IMG/VR virus record: IMGVR_UViG_3300006880_000001
Span: 32,001 to 96,000 of that record
Source: a virus
Reading direction: 5' to 3' (one strand)
DNA length: 64,000 nucleotides
Of the stretch, positions 1-9,090 are shown piece after piece. The first letter of the stretch is position 1. Each line of letters begins with the position of its first letter. Both the position numbers and the translations under genes were made by a program. The notes under the pieces were generated by a model that searched no databases, was not told the DNA's origin, and worked only from the letters and a program-made list of their open reading frames with translations.

Positions 1-70
1 TGGCCGGAGATCGACGCGGCCTACCAGGCATTTCGAGGAACGGCCACCGCACCGTGATACTTATGGCCTG

Positions 71-403
71 ATGCTGCCCAAGCCGTTGCGGTCCGGCGCC
101 AAGCTCCACCTCTCCAACCGCTTCCGCGCCACCCTTCTGAAGGCTGTCGACGTAGCGTTTGCCATGGCGCTCGTTGACGATCCCACGCTCGAGAGGTTGC
201 GCGCCCAGGTCACCAACCGACTTGGAGCGCGGTTACCGCTCACGGAGCGTCAGACGACACGTACGGCCCGCGTGCTGCTTGAGGCCATGTTGATCACTTT
301 CTCCACGCACCTCGATGCAAAGGACCGGGCGGAGATGGAATCCTTCCTGGAGATGATCGAGGCGAAGAATGCGCAGGTTGCCAAGCGGAAGAGGCGCCGC
401 TAG
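71..403 (+). CDS. hypothetical protein, basic C-terminus
   Basis: 110-aa ORF ending KRKRRR, preceded by a GCCAC...GTGATAC variant of the class A promoter. Confidence 0.6.
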   Translation: MLPKPLRSGAKLHLSNRFRATLLKAVDVAFAMALVDDPTLERLRAQVTNRLGARLPLTERQTTRTARVLLEAMLITFSTHLDAKDRAEMESFLEMIEAKNAQVAKRKRRR

Positions 404-442
404 ACGATCCGTAGGTCACAGCGCCGTGATACGGTTCGCGGC

Positions 443-607
443 ATGATCCTGCCCTACGTTCCCGTCCTCGTCATGGTCGCTGGTCTCTTGCTGTACCTGC
501 TGAGCAGCAACGCGAAGGCGCAGGAGCTCGGCCGGATCCTGTTCTTCGTCGGTCTGTTCTTCACGGTCGGTGTCATCGGCGGTGCGAAGGTCCTGACCCT
601 CAAGTAG
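443..607 (+). CDS. small two-helix membrane protein (54 aa, not in ORF track)
   Basis: Hand translation MILPYVPVLVMVAGLLLYLLSSNAKAQELGRILFFVGLFFTVGVIGGAKVLTLK*; GTCAC at 415 and TACGGT at 430 upstream. Confidence 0.75.
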   Translation: MILPYVPVLVMVAGLLLYLLSSNAKAQELGRILFFVGLFFTVGVIGGAKVLTLK

Positions 608-634
608 TTCACCGACGGTGATCGATCACGGCCC

Positions 635-663
635 TTGACACGCCTACATGGTGTCGCTAGGTT
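635..663 (+). promoter_or_regulatory. sigma70-type promoter
   Basis: TTGACA (635-640), 17 nt, TAGGTT (658-663); same hexamers and spacing at 55448-55476. Confidence 0.8.
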
Positions 664-670
664 CGGTGGC

Positions 671-1025
671 ATGTCCCATTGACCGTCAGCCGCCCGCGGC
701 CACGTCACTCGCCCACTACGTCGTCATCCGCGCTGACCTCCCCCTCGGGTTGAAGGTCGCCAACACAGTCCACGCAGCTGGGCTATCCGCCTCCTGGCGA
801 GACGGTCCGCTGCCCACCGACACCATCGCCGTGGCTCTCGCCGCGCGTGATGAGAGCCACCTCCACGAGCTCTCCGTGAAGCTCGCGGAGCGCAACATCC
901 TCCACCACCCTGTCCGTGAGTCCGACGGACCCTACGCGGGGCAGTGGATGGCCATCGGCCTCGAGCCGACCGCCGACCGCGACGCGGTCAGAAAGGTGGT
1001 CTCGCACCTACCGCTCGTGCGGTGA
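671..1025 (+). CDS. peptidyl-tRNA hydrolase, PTH2-like; start probably ATG671 with +1 frameshift (track start 648)
   Basis: YVVIRADL..GLKVANTVHAA...AIGLEP...HLPL pattern of PTH2 family; adjacent to tRNA-like genes. Confidence 0.75.
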
Positions 1026-1033
1026 ACGTTCCT

Positions 1034-1108
1034 GGGGTCGTGGTGTACGCACGCACGCGCCGTCCTCGCGCCGGCGAAGACCTGGCCTGCCGCCAGGCGA
1101 CCCCACCA
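1034..1108 (+). tRNA. atypical tRNA-like RNA, 9-nt anticodon loop, degenerate D and T loops
   Basis: Acceptor GGGGTCG/CGACCCC + ACCA; D stem GTGT/GCAC; anticodon stem CGCCG/CGGCG with loop TCCTCGCGC; T stem CCTGG/CCAGG with loop CCTGCCG. Confidence 0.7.
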
Positions 1109-1109
1109 A

Positions 1110-1186
1110 GCGCGCTTAGCTCAGCAGCAGAGCACCGAGCGTAATGGACTCGGGTGTCGGGGGTGCGACTCCCTCAGCGCGCGCCA
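1110..1186 (+). tRNA. atypical tRNA-like RNA, 9-nt anticodon loop CGTAATGGA
   Basis: Acceptor GCGCGCT/AGCGCGC + GCCA; D stem GCTC/GAGC; anticodon stem CCGAG/CTCGG; T loop TGCGACT. Confidence 0.8.
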
Positions 1187-1218
1187 GCTGTCACCCTGTT
1201 GTGGTAACGATGCGGGGT

Positions 1219-1470
1219 ATGAGCGATCGATCCAGCGCCGACATCTTCGCGACGATGTTCCTGCTGCTCGACTCGGACAAGACCAAGGAGCAGATCGCCC
1301 AGGAGCTGTGGAAGAAGACATTCGAGTTTGACTTCTCATGCCAGCAGCTCGAGATCGACGACACGTTGGTGCGGTTTGGCCTCGCCAGAAAGGTGAAGCG
1401 CCCCGACTACCCCGACGAGACCATCACCCAGTACCGGCGCGCGGACGGTCGGCGCTGGGATGATCCGTAG
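1219..1470 (+). CDS. hypothetical protein
   Basis: ORF from MSDRSSADIF; class A motif GTCAC at 1190. Confidence 0.65.
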   Translation: MSDRSSADIFATMFLLLDSDKTKEQIAQELWKKTFEFDFSCQQLEIDDTLVRFGLARKVKRPDYPDETITQYRRADGRRWDDP

Positions 1471-1471
1471 G

Positions 1472-2404
1472 TCACCAGGACCCGATCGCGACCTTCGCCC
1501 GCTCGACGTAGGAGGTGATCCAGGCCGCCTCCTCGGGGAAGTAGATGGCCGGGACGTCGAAGCACCACCAGGGTCTCTCGCCGGGGTAGAAGCGGCAGGG
1601 GATGAAGTCGATCGGCGCCGACGGCGGGTCCCCACGGCCAGGGATCCAGCCATCCGCGAGGAGCAGGAGCCCCCGGTGCATGTGCTCGTGGGGCGTTAGC
1701 TGTGGAGCGTCGATGGGGTCGACCAGGTAGAGATCTCCCTGCCGCCAGACCCCCGTCGAGACCTCCTCCACGACACCCTGGGCGCGGGGATGGGCGAGGA
1801 AGGCATACGACCCGATCGTTTCGTCGAGGTCGGTGTAGTTGGTCCGGGAGGGCAGGTACGGCGCGATCGTGTCGACCAGGGCGTCGTGGGGGATTCCGTA
1901 GTTGAGGGGGAGCATGTAGCGCCAGATCTCGGCGGTGGCCCCCGAGTAGCACATCGGGAACCGGACCTCACCGGGGCGCATGACCGCCGGCGGCCTTGGT
2001 GGCACGGGCGCCGCGGGCTGCATCCAGATGTCCCCGAGGCCGCGGTAGACGATGAAGTCCTCGCGGCGATCGAAGAAGGTCCGCGACAGGGGGATCATGT
2101 CCACGTCGGAGGTCAGGAGGAAGTCCTCGGGGTCGAGGAAGGGCTCGCAAGCGGCGACCAGCCGCGCACAGCGCATCGTGTTGGCGATGCCGAGCGGGGC
2201 CACCGCGTCGATGATGCTGGTGGTGGAACCCGCGAGCGCGAGCTCGGCGCGCACGAGATCGCCGAACGGCGTGTCCCAGCCCTCGGCGTGGAGGTACACC
2301 AACGCCTTGTAGCCGAGACGGCGCCACAGGCGGACGACCAGGGGGAGGTAGATGGCGTAGGTGGGGGCAGCGTCGCAGGCGAGGACGATGTAGCGTTGCT
2401 TCAT
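1472..2404 (-). CDS. putative glycosyltransferase (DxD)
   Basis: Start MKQRYIVLACD overlapping upstream stop; LLTSDVDMIPL motif; last gene of GT/MT operon. Confidence 0.6.
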   Translation of the reverse strand: MKQRYIVLACDAAPTYAIYLPLVVRLWRRLGYKALVYLHAEGWDTPFGDLVRAELALAGSTTSIIDAVAPLGIANTMRCARLVAACEPFLDPEDFLLTSDVDMIPLSRTFFDRREDFIVYRGLGDIWMQPAAPVPPRPPAVMRPGEVRFPMCYSGATAEIWRYMLPLNYGIPHDALVDTIAPYLPSRTNYTDLDETIGSYAFLAHPRAQGVVEEVSTGVWRQGDLYLVDPIDAPQLTPHEHMHRGLLLLADGWIPGRGDPPSAPIDFIPCRFYPGERPWWCFDVPAIYFPEEAAWITSYVERAKVAIGSW

Positions 2405-3012
2405 CTCGGGGGCACCAGGTCGCGGAGGAAGGGATGCCACGAACGCCAGCTCTCTTTGTGCTCGGGGAAGGCGCGCGTGATGGTCTCGTGGTAGCGGTCG
2501 AGCTCGTCGAGGTTGACGAACCGCTCGCGCCAGAGGACGGCGGTGTGGGGTGTGGCGTGGGTGAAGACCGAACGGCGCCAGTCGCCCTGGACGGCGTCGC
2601 GGTACGACGGCTCCTCGAAGTCGTGGGCGACGACGATGGGCGCCCGGGTTTGACTGGTGACGAACGCGATGGTGTCGACCCGGGCGTCGACGGTGACCGA
2701 GTCGTCGATGAAGACGACGTCGTAGTCGTGGTAGTGGAGGAACGGTGCGGCGAGCTTCGCCATGGGCACCCCCTCCTCGTAGTGGAGGCGGCAACCCGGC
2801 CACGGATCGGTGAAGAACTCTCGGCGGACCGCCTCGTAGTACCAGGCCTCGCCGTTCTCGAGGACGTCCAGATGCGTGAGGTCGGGGAAGACCACGTCGT
2901 CCTGGAACATCGGTGAGCTGAAGCATCCCGATCCGAGCTCGAGAAGCCGCCGGATCGGACGGAGCTGCGCTAGAAGGACGAAGACCGGGATGTGCGATCC
3001 GGAGGCGATCAT
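2401..3012 (-). CDS. putative class I SAM-dependent methyltransferase
   Basis: Start MIASGSHIP; LLELGSG motif I and YDVVFID. Confidence 0.6.
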   Translation of the reverse strand: MIASGSHIPVFVLLAQLRPIRRLLELGSGCFSSPMFQDDVVFPDLTHLDVLENGEAWYYEAVRREFFTDPWPGCRLHYEEGVPMAKLAAPFLHYHDYDVVFIDDSVTVDARVDTIAFVTSQTRAPIVVAHDFEEPSYRDAVQGDWRRSVFTHATPHTAVLWRERFVNLDELDRYHETITRAFPEHKESWRSWHPFLRDLVPPR

Positions 3013-3854
3013 GCGTCGGGCCCGAAGGGGAGGATGGTGACGAACCCGAAGGGCTCGATCTCGTCTGGGGGCCACGCCGCGCGTTCGAGGCCCGAGAGAC
3101 GCTCGGTGAGCGCCATGTCGGTCTGCACCACCTTCTGCAGCTGCGGCGCGTAGGTGGCGCCGTCCGCGGCGATGCGATACCACGCGTCCGGGCGGTACCA
3201 GTACGTCGGGATCTGGTCGGTGTGGGTGGCCCCCGCGGCGACCCGGGCGCCATCGACCGAGAGGCCGCGCCAGACGAACTCCGTGAAGCGCGCGGCACGG
3301 ACGTTGAACAGCCAGTCCTCCATGTTGCGGAGGCCGGGGTCGACGAAGTTGCCGAAGCGCGCCTTCACCTTGGCGAGCACCGACGTCTTCATGGCGATGT
3401 TCGCCCACGAGGCGCAGAACGAACCGGCGAGGAGCTCCTGGCGCGCGGGCCGTGGGTAGTTGCCAGCGCCGGCGACGTTGCCCTCGTTCTCGTAGGGACC
3501 GAAGCAGGCGTCGGCGAAGCGTAGGGCGATGCGGTCCAGCGCGAGCTTCTCGGGCTCGAACCAGTCATCGGAGCCGAGGCGGACCCAGTAGGTCCCCTCC
3601 GCGACGGCGAGCTCCATGCCGATCTCGTTCATCGCGACGCCGCCGCGGTTGTCGTCGAAGCGGCGGTAGCGGATGCGCGGGTCGATCGTGTATGGGTGCA
3701 CGACGGCTTCGGTGTTGTCGATGGAGCCGTCGTCGAGGATGTACAGCCGCCAGTCGCGGTCGGTCTGCGCGCGCACCGACTCGATGGCCTGGGGCAGCGT
3801 CTTGGCCCGGTTGTAGGTGGGCAGGATGACGACGAAACGACCTTCCTTGTGCAT
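3009..3854 (-). CDS. glycosyltransferase family 2
   Basis: VILPTYNRA..L..AIESV.AQT...ILDDGS.DNT and SDD motifs. Confidence 0.92.
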   Translation of the reverse strand: MHKEGRFVVILPTYNRAKTLPQAIESVRAQTDRDWRLYILDDGSIDNTEAVVHPYTIDPRIRYRRFDDNRGGVAMNEIGMELAVAEGTYWVRLGSDDWFEPEKLALDRIALRFADACFGPYENEGNVAGAGNYPRPARQELLAGSFCASWANIAMKTSVLAKVKARFGNFVDPGLRNMEDWLFNVRAARFTEFVWRGLSVDGARVAAGATHTDQIPTYWYRPDAWYRIAADGATYAPQLQKVVQTDMALTERLSGLERAAWPPDEIEPFGFVTILPFGPDA

Positions 3855-4531
3855 CAGGGTCTCCGACAGTAGAACGTGCGGAAGTCGCCGCAGTTGTAGA
3901 CCTGGACGTCCTCGATCCGGAAGCCGGCGCGTTCGATGACCTCGCGGCCCGCCGCCTCGGTGTAGTGGCGGGCGATGCAGCCATCACCGTCGGTGCAGGA
4001 CCCGAAGGCCGCGTCCTCCGCCCAACCCTGCTCGAGGCGGGGGGCGATGATCCAGTCGCAGCGCTGCCGCAGGTGCTCGGTGTAGAGCATGAACGTCGCC
4101 CAGCCGGTGGGCCGCAGCCGTGCGTGCAGCGCACGGAGCACGACGTGCATCATCGGCTCCTCGATGTGGTGGAGGACGCCGTGCGAGTTGATGACGTCGT
4201 AGGTCACGTCCGCCGGCGGAAGCGCGTCGCTCGCCGTCAGCCACCAGAACTGCGCGCGTGCCAGCATCCGCGGTCCGAGGAGCTCTTCGATGCGGCGGCG
4301 CGAGGTCTCGAGGTTGTCGGGGACGATGTCCACCAGGGTCACGTGCTCGGCGCCCGCCTTTAGGTACGACATGGCGTCGGCACCGCCGCCGCAGCCGTAC
4401 TCGAGGACCCTCTTGCCAGCGACCTCGGCCAGGTGTTGGACCCGCGCGTGGTCCGGGTAGACCACGGTCTTGTCAGGCGGGAAGCCCGACGCGTGGATCC
4501 AGAATTGGCGATCTGCGGCTAGCCGAGTCAT
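3854..4531 (-). CDS. class I SAM-dependent methyltransferase
   Basis: VLEYGCGGG, VTLVD, YDVINSHGVLHHI. Confidence 0.92.
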   Translation of the reverse strand: MTRLAADRQFWIHASGFPPDKTVVYPDHARVQHLAEVAGKRVLEYGCGGGADAMSYLKAGAEHVTLVDIVPDNLETSRRRIEELLGPRMLARAQFWWLTASDALPPADVTYDVINSHGVLHHIEEPMMHVVLRALHARLRPTGWATFMLYTEHLRQRCDWIIAPRLEQGWAEDAAFGSCTDGDGCIARHYTEAAGREVIERAGFRIEDVQVYNCGDFRTFYCRRP

Positions 4532-5292
4532 GGCAACACTTCCTTGATGGCCTGGATGGCGTATTCACCCTCGATGCTGGGGATGGCGTCGCGGATCCGC
4601 TCGGCATAGTTGTCGGGGGTCATGGAGGCCCACGGGATGCGCGCACCGCGGGCGTGGTGGGCGACCGACTCCGGGTTGGGCTCGGAGATGAACTCGATGT
4701 AGCGCGCGCGGGCGACGCCGGGCGCGTTCTCGACCGAGCCGAAGGTCTCGACCCAGAAGCCGGGGCCGAACGGGCTCTGACCGCCGGGGGCCTGCGTGGC
4801 GGGGCTGAGCGCGCGCTGGCGCTCGACCAGGATGCGCAGCGCTTCGGCGCCGGCGGTGGCGCTGATGACCGCGGTGTGGGCGTACTCGCCGTCCCAGACC
4901 AAGGCGACCTCCCCCTGGTCGATCGACGAGCCGAGCACCGACCGGAAGTAGAGGACGTCGACGTCGCTCCAGATCCCACCGTGGCGATGGAGGAGCCAGT
5001 GGCGGAGGACGTCGGAGCGGAAGACCTGGCACCACGCGCTCGAGGCGTCGTAGCCGGTCAGGCTGGCGCCGGTGACCTCATCGGGATCGACGAAGGCCAT
5101 CTCGATGTCGGCCTTGAGGGCGTCGTCGAAGTAGCAGCGCCCCGCGGGGTAGGCCGTCTGCTCATGCGGATGGGGTCGGTAGAGGGTCACCCGCCAGTCC
5201 GGGTGATGGATCCGGAAGCTCCACATGGACAGGTACTGGAACCAGGGGAGGGTCGTGTTTCCCCAGTAGAAGTGGGCGTGGCGCTGGTTCAT
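4528..5292 (-). CDS. DxD glycosyltransferase (GT32/capsule-synthesis-like)
   Basis: HFYW near N-terminus; SDVLR.WLL..HGGIWSDVD. Confidence 0.8.
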   Translation of the reverse strand: MNQRHAHFYWGNTTLPWFQYLSMWSFRIHHPDWRVTLYRPHPHEQTAYPAGRCYFDDALKADIEMAFVDPDEVTGASLTGYDASSAWCQVFRSDVLRHWLLHRHGGIWSDVDVLYFRSVLGSSIDQGEVALVWDGEYAHTAVISATAGAEALRILVERQRALSPATQAPGGQSPFGPGFWVETFGSVENAPGVARARYIEFISEPNPESVAHHARGARIPWASMTPDNYAERIRDAIPSIEGEYAIQAIKEVLP

Positions 5293-5356
5293 CTTCAACG
5301 ACTGTAACAGCTCACCGCGATCGGGCAGCAGAAAGACCTCTGCTAGAATCGCGGGT

Positions 5357-5680
5357 ATGCCCAGACGTGATCTGCTCCCTGGAGGACGTGCCGCTGGACG
5401 GTCTCCGTCCGAGTTCGATCCCGCGCAGCTGCGCCGCGGCATCAAGGTCGAGCTGGAGCACACCCCCGATCGTCGGATAGCCCGCGAGATCGCGATGGAT
5501 CACCTGACGGAAGACCCGCGCTATTACACCAAGTTGGCGCGGGTCCACCTGGATGGCGTTGGACGAAAGACCATCGCCGCCGGAGTGGTCTTGGGGTTCG
5601 TCGTTACGGGGTTCGTCGCCTGGCGCTACCGCCGCCAGGTCATTTCCGCAATCGCGACCATCGCCCCCGCGGTCTCCTGA
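5357..5680 (+). CDS. DUF5661-like protein with C-terminal membrane anchor
   Basis: GIKVELEHT...AREIAMDHL.EDPRYYTKL motif, then LDG and a hydrophobic helix; TAGAAT 7 nt before ATG. Confidence 0.65.
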   Translation: MPRRDLLPGGRAAGRSPSEFDPAQLRRGIKVELEHTPDRRIAREIAMDHLTEDPRYYTKLARVHLDGVGRKTIAAGVVLGFVVTGFVAWRYRRQVISAIATIAPAVS

Positions 5681-5716
5681 AAGAACGGTCACCGCGCCGT
5701 GGTACAGACCACGGTG

Positions 5717-7093
5717 ATGACCGAGAGCATCTACATCATCGGAGGTGGGACCGTATTCCACGTCCGGCCCCACCTGGCCCTGGCCGCGATGGCGTACGGC
5801 ACCGCTGCACGCCGGCTCGCCCACCACGTCAACCATGCGGGCCGCGTCTACCACGCCGACCACACGGGCAGCTTCCACGGCGCCGTGCACCTTTACCTGA
5901 CGAAGATGGCGGGGGACGTGCACGAGGTCACGTACCCGCCGACCGACGGGACGGCTATGAAGCCGCGCCCCCGCCTCGAGACCAACGACGACGTCGCCAA
6001 CCTGGTCGAGAAGATCGTCGCCGACCCGACGGCGAGGATCCTCTTCCTACCGGTCGCGCTGTGCGACTTCCGAGGGCAGGTGAACGAGGGCCCAGCACAC
6101 CCATTCGACCTCGGCGTCGCCGGCTCCGGCAAGGAGCTCCCCCGCCTGTCGTCGGCGCAGCAGTACACCATGGACCTCGTCGCTGCTCCGAAGATCCTGC
6201 AGATGGTCCGCGCCACCCGGAAGGACCTCTTCCTCGTCGCCTTCAAGACGACCGCGGGCGCTAGCCGCGAGGCGCAGTTCGAGGCGGGCCTTCGACTGCT
6301 CAAGACGGCGTCGTGCAACCTGGTGGTCGCCAACGACATCCGTACCCGACACAACATGATCGTCACGCCGGAGCAGTCGTGGTACGCCCCCTCCGACGGC
6401 GACCGCGATGCGGTCCTCCGCGCGGTGGTCGACATGGCGATCCACCGATCGCAGGGCACCTTCACACGGTCGACCGTGGTCCCCGGCGATCCGGTCTTCT
6501 GGAACTCGAACCACGTCCCGAGCTCGCTGCGTACCGTGGTCGATCACTGCATCCGCCGCGGGGCCTACCGCGCGTTCCTCGGCAAGACGGTCGGCCACTT
6601 CGCGTTCAAGGTCGACGACAAGACATTCGTCACCTCCCGCCGCGGCGCCGACTTCAACGATATGGCCAAGGCCGGCATGGTCAAGGTCGAGCTCGACGGT
6701 GTCGATCGCGTCATCGCCCACGGCGCCAAGCCCTCCGTCGGCGGGCAGAGCCAACGCATCATCTTCCACGACCACCCGGACGTCGACTGCATCGTCCACT
6801 TCCACTGTCCGCTGCGGGAGGGGGCACACGTCCCGACGCGACCCCAGTGGCTCTACGAGTGCGGCTCCCACGAATGTGGGGAGAACACCAGCGACGGCCT
6901 CGCCCCGTTCGAGCTCGGCGGCTACAAGCACAACGTCAGCAAGCTGGTCGGCCGCGGCGCCCCGGTCTACGCGGTCATGCTCGACCGGCACGGTCCCAAC
7001 ATCGTCTTCCACCGGGACGTCAACCCGCAGGACGTCATCGACTTCATCGAGCAGAACTTCGACCTCACCAAGCAGACGAGCGACATGCCATGA
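5717..7093 (+). CDS. CoaB-like (phosphopantothenate-cysteine ligase fold) fused to class II aldolase-like domain
   Basis: IIGGGT, ALCDF, APKIL, LVAFK, LVVANDI motifs; C-terminal PSV...IVHFHCP...HG. Confidence 0.75.
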   Translation: MTESIYIIGGGTVFHVRPHLALAAMAYGTAARRLAHHVNHAGRVYHADHTGSFHGAVHLYLTKMAGDVHEVTYPPTDGTAMKPRPRLETNDDVANLVEKIVADPTARILFLPVALCDFRGQVNEGPAHPFDLGVAGSGKELPRLSSAQQYTMDLVAAPKILQMVRATRKDLFLVAFKTTAGASREAQFEAGLRLLKTASCNLVVANDIRTRHNMIVTPEQSWYAPSDGDRDAVLRAVVDMAIHRSQGTFTRSTVVPGDPVFWNSNHVPSSLRTVVDHCIRRGAYRAFLGKTVGHFAFKVDDKTFVTSRRGADFNDMAKAGMVKVELDGVDRVIAHGAKPSVGGQSQRIIFHDHPDVDCIVHFHCPLREGAHVPTRPQWLYECGSHECGENTSDGLAPFELGGYKHNVSKLVGRGAPVYAVMLDRHGPNIVFHRDVNPQDVIDFIEQNFDLTKQTSDMP

Positions 7094-7680
7094 GCGACGA
7101 GACGAAGACGTTGTCTTTCCTCTTCGAGCTCGGGATCTCTTCGCCCCAACCGGGATCCCCCGCATCGCGCCCCCTGGGCTGGACGGACATCCACGTCAAG
7201 GTCCACGCCGACAAGGACTCCACCTTCGTCGACCTGGGCGTCGACTCCACCGTCGTAGGGCTGGGGCCAGGAAGGCTCTTCCTCACCAGAGACGACGTGA
7301 CATGGCTCGTCGAACGTCTCGTCGCATGCCGCGAGGTGATGGCCCTGCCGGATGTACCGAACACGGGCGGGAGGGGTTGCGCCGCGTGGCAGTGGGACCG
7401 CCAGCGCGCTGTCGAGGCCCATGTGGATGCCGCCCGGGCGCACCTCGCCTCGGCCTACCACATCATGCGCTCCCCCAGCCTCAATCCGAGCGGCGACCAC
7501 TACCGAGTCCTCGAGCAGATTCGGGAGCGCCTGCGGCTGCTTGTCGATGCGATCCCGACCAACAATGAGGTCCTGGCGGCGTTCAACGCGGAGCGCGCGT
7601 ACCGGAAGGCAGAGGACGAGGCCAGTGCTGGGATCGCCCAGATCGCGAAGCTCGAAACGGTGAAGGGCCCGGCCGAGTAG
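7090..7680 (+). CDS. hypothetical protein
   Basis: ATGA overlap with upstream stop; MSDETKTLSF. Confidence 0.6.
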   Translation: MSDETKTLSFLFELGISSPQPGSPASRPLGWTDIHVKVHADKDSTFVDLGVDSTVVGLGPGRLFLTRDDVTWLVERLVACREVMALPDVPNTGGRGCAAWQWDRQRAVEAHVDAARAHLASAYHIMRSPSLNPSGDHYRVLEQIRERLRLLVDAIPTNNEVLAAFNAERAYRKAEDEASAGIAQIAKLETVKGPAE

Positions 7681-7741
7681 CCGAGCCCTTCACGCAGCAC
7701 AGACAGGATGATCACCCCAAAAAATGGAGTGATATCAGATA

Positions 7742-8188
7742 CTAGAACGTGTAAGAGTGCCGGAAGAAGACCTCGAGATAGGCCTCGCCGGCGACCGCCT
7801 CGCTCGTGATGGCGATCTGCGGGTTGCCGGCGGCGACCGTCGCGTCGATCGACCAGGTCGAGGTGCCCGAGCGGTTGGTCACTTTGCACATGAAGCGCGG
7901 GACCAGGTCGTTGCCGATGCCGGCGCCGACCGACAGCTGATCACCGAGGAGCAGGTTTCTGGCCTGGGCCTGGATCATGGTGGTGGCGGCGACGGTGCCG
8001 ATACCGTCGACGCCAGCCCGCCCGAGCACGCGCATCGGGCCGCCTTCGGAGGCGTCGGTGCGCAGGTCGGGCGTCGCGGCGCCGGACGAGGTGATCGTGA
8101 AGGTGCCGCCGAGGGGCGAGCCCGAGTTGGCGAGCAGGTAGACCAGGCGGTCCTGGGTGACGTCGACGAGCGTGACGGTGATGGCCAT
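7742..8188 (-). CDS. putative structural protein
   Basis: GGAGG RBS; beta-rich, Ala/Gly/Thr-rich 148 aa. Confidence 0.6.
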   Translation of the reverse strand: MAITVTLVDVTQDRLVYLLANSGSPLGGTFTITSSGAATPDLRTDASEGGPMRVLGRAGVDGIGTVAATTMIQAQARNLLLGDQLSVGAGIGNDLVPRFMCKVTNRSGTSTWSIDATVAAGNPQIAITSEAVAGEAYLEVFFRHSYTF

Positions 8189-8233
8189 GAGAGTCCTCCT
8201 TGCGTGGGTTGGGTGAAGTACGTGAGGTTCGGA

Positions 8234-8482
8234 TCAGCGACGGCGCTTGGAGCGCGCACCCGCAAGCCCGGCGCGGAAGCGCCACGTTTGGGGCATCTTC
8301 GTGGTGCCGCAGTGGACGCCGTACGCCTTCGCGGCCGCGCGCCAGGTCTTGCCTGAGGCTCCCTTGCCGTAGAGGTCGATGCGCGACCCACGGTCGAGAT
8401 GGCGCCAGGCAGTCGCGCAGGCGCCCTTCTTGGCGAGTCGGAGGGCCTTCTTGGCGTCTACGTTGACTGTTTTCTTGGGCAT
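8234..8482 (-). CDS. small basic core protein, LxG + Arg tail
   Basis: Two Cys; ends AGLAGARSKRRR. Confidence 0.7.
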   Translation of the reverse strand: MPKKTVNVDAKKALRLAKKGACATAWRHLDRGSRIDLYGKGASGKTWRAAAKAYGVHCGTTKMPQTWRFRAGLAGARSKRRR

Positions 8483-8506
8483 GGAGAGGGGCCTCGAGCT
8501 CTTGAC

Positions 8507-8728
8507 CTACTTGCGTCTCCCTCGGGCCGGCTTGCCGAAGCCGGGACCGGGGTGCTTGACACCCGCGCGGCGCAGGCACTCGTTGTACTTGGCGACGCGC
8601 AGGACCTCGCGGTCCTCGGGCCGGGTGCGCTTGGTGGCGGTCCAGGCGCGGTCCCAGCAGGCCTTCCGCGCGGCGGTGCGCCGGCGGCCGGCCTTGCTGG
8701 CGACGAGCTTCTTGCCGACGCGCTTCAT
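8507..8728 (-). CDS. small basic core protein
   Basis: K/R-rich, two Cys; ends GFGKPARGRRK. Confidence 0.65.
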   Translation of the reverse strand: MKRVGKKLVASKAGRRRTAARKACWDRAWTATKRTRPEDREVLRVAKYNECLRRAGVKHPGPGFGKPARGRRK

Positions 8729-8731
8729 GGT

Positions 8732-9052
8732 TCAGCGCCTACGCCGACGCCGGCGACGAGCACGGCCGAGGGAGGCGCCATCCATGCCCTGCCACATCAC
8801 GCGCTCGCGCTCGGCCTTGGCCTCGGCGGTCAGCGGCGCCATCTTCTGCCACTCCTTCTTGCCGGCGGAGACGCCGCGGGCGTAGGAGGCCTTGGCGATC
8901 GTGGCGCAGGCCTTCCGGCCGATGATCTTCTTGCCGAAGGTCTTGGCGGCGCGGTCAGGGCAACCGCCCCCCTTCTTGATCTTCCAGCCCTTCTTGATGC
9001 GACCGGTTCGGGCGTTGACGCCCTCGCACTTCTTCCAATCGGACGTGGCCAT
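8732..9052 (-). CDS. small basic core protein, LG + poly-Arg
   Basis: CEGVNARTGRIKKG..GGGCP; ends GMDGASLGRARRRRRRRR. Confidence 0.75.
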   Translation of the reverse strand: MATSDWKKCEGVNARTGRIKKGWKIKKGGGCPDRAAKTFGKKIIGRKACATIAKASYARGVSAGKKEWQKMAPLTAEAKAERERVMWQGMDGASLGRARRRRRRRR

Positions 9053-9090
9053 GGACCATCTCCTCGCTCAGAGCTCGGGGTTGGGACAGA

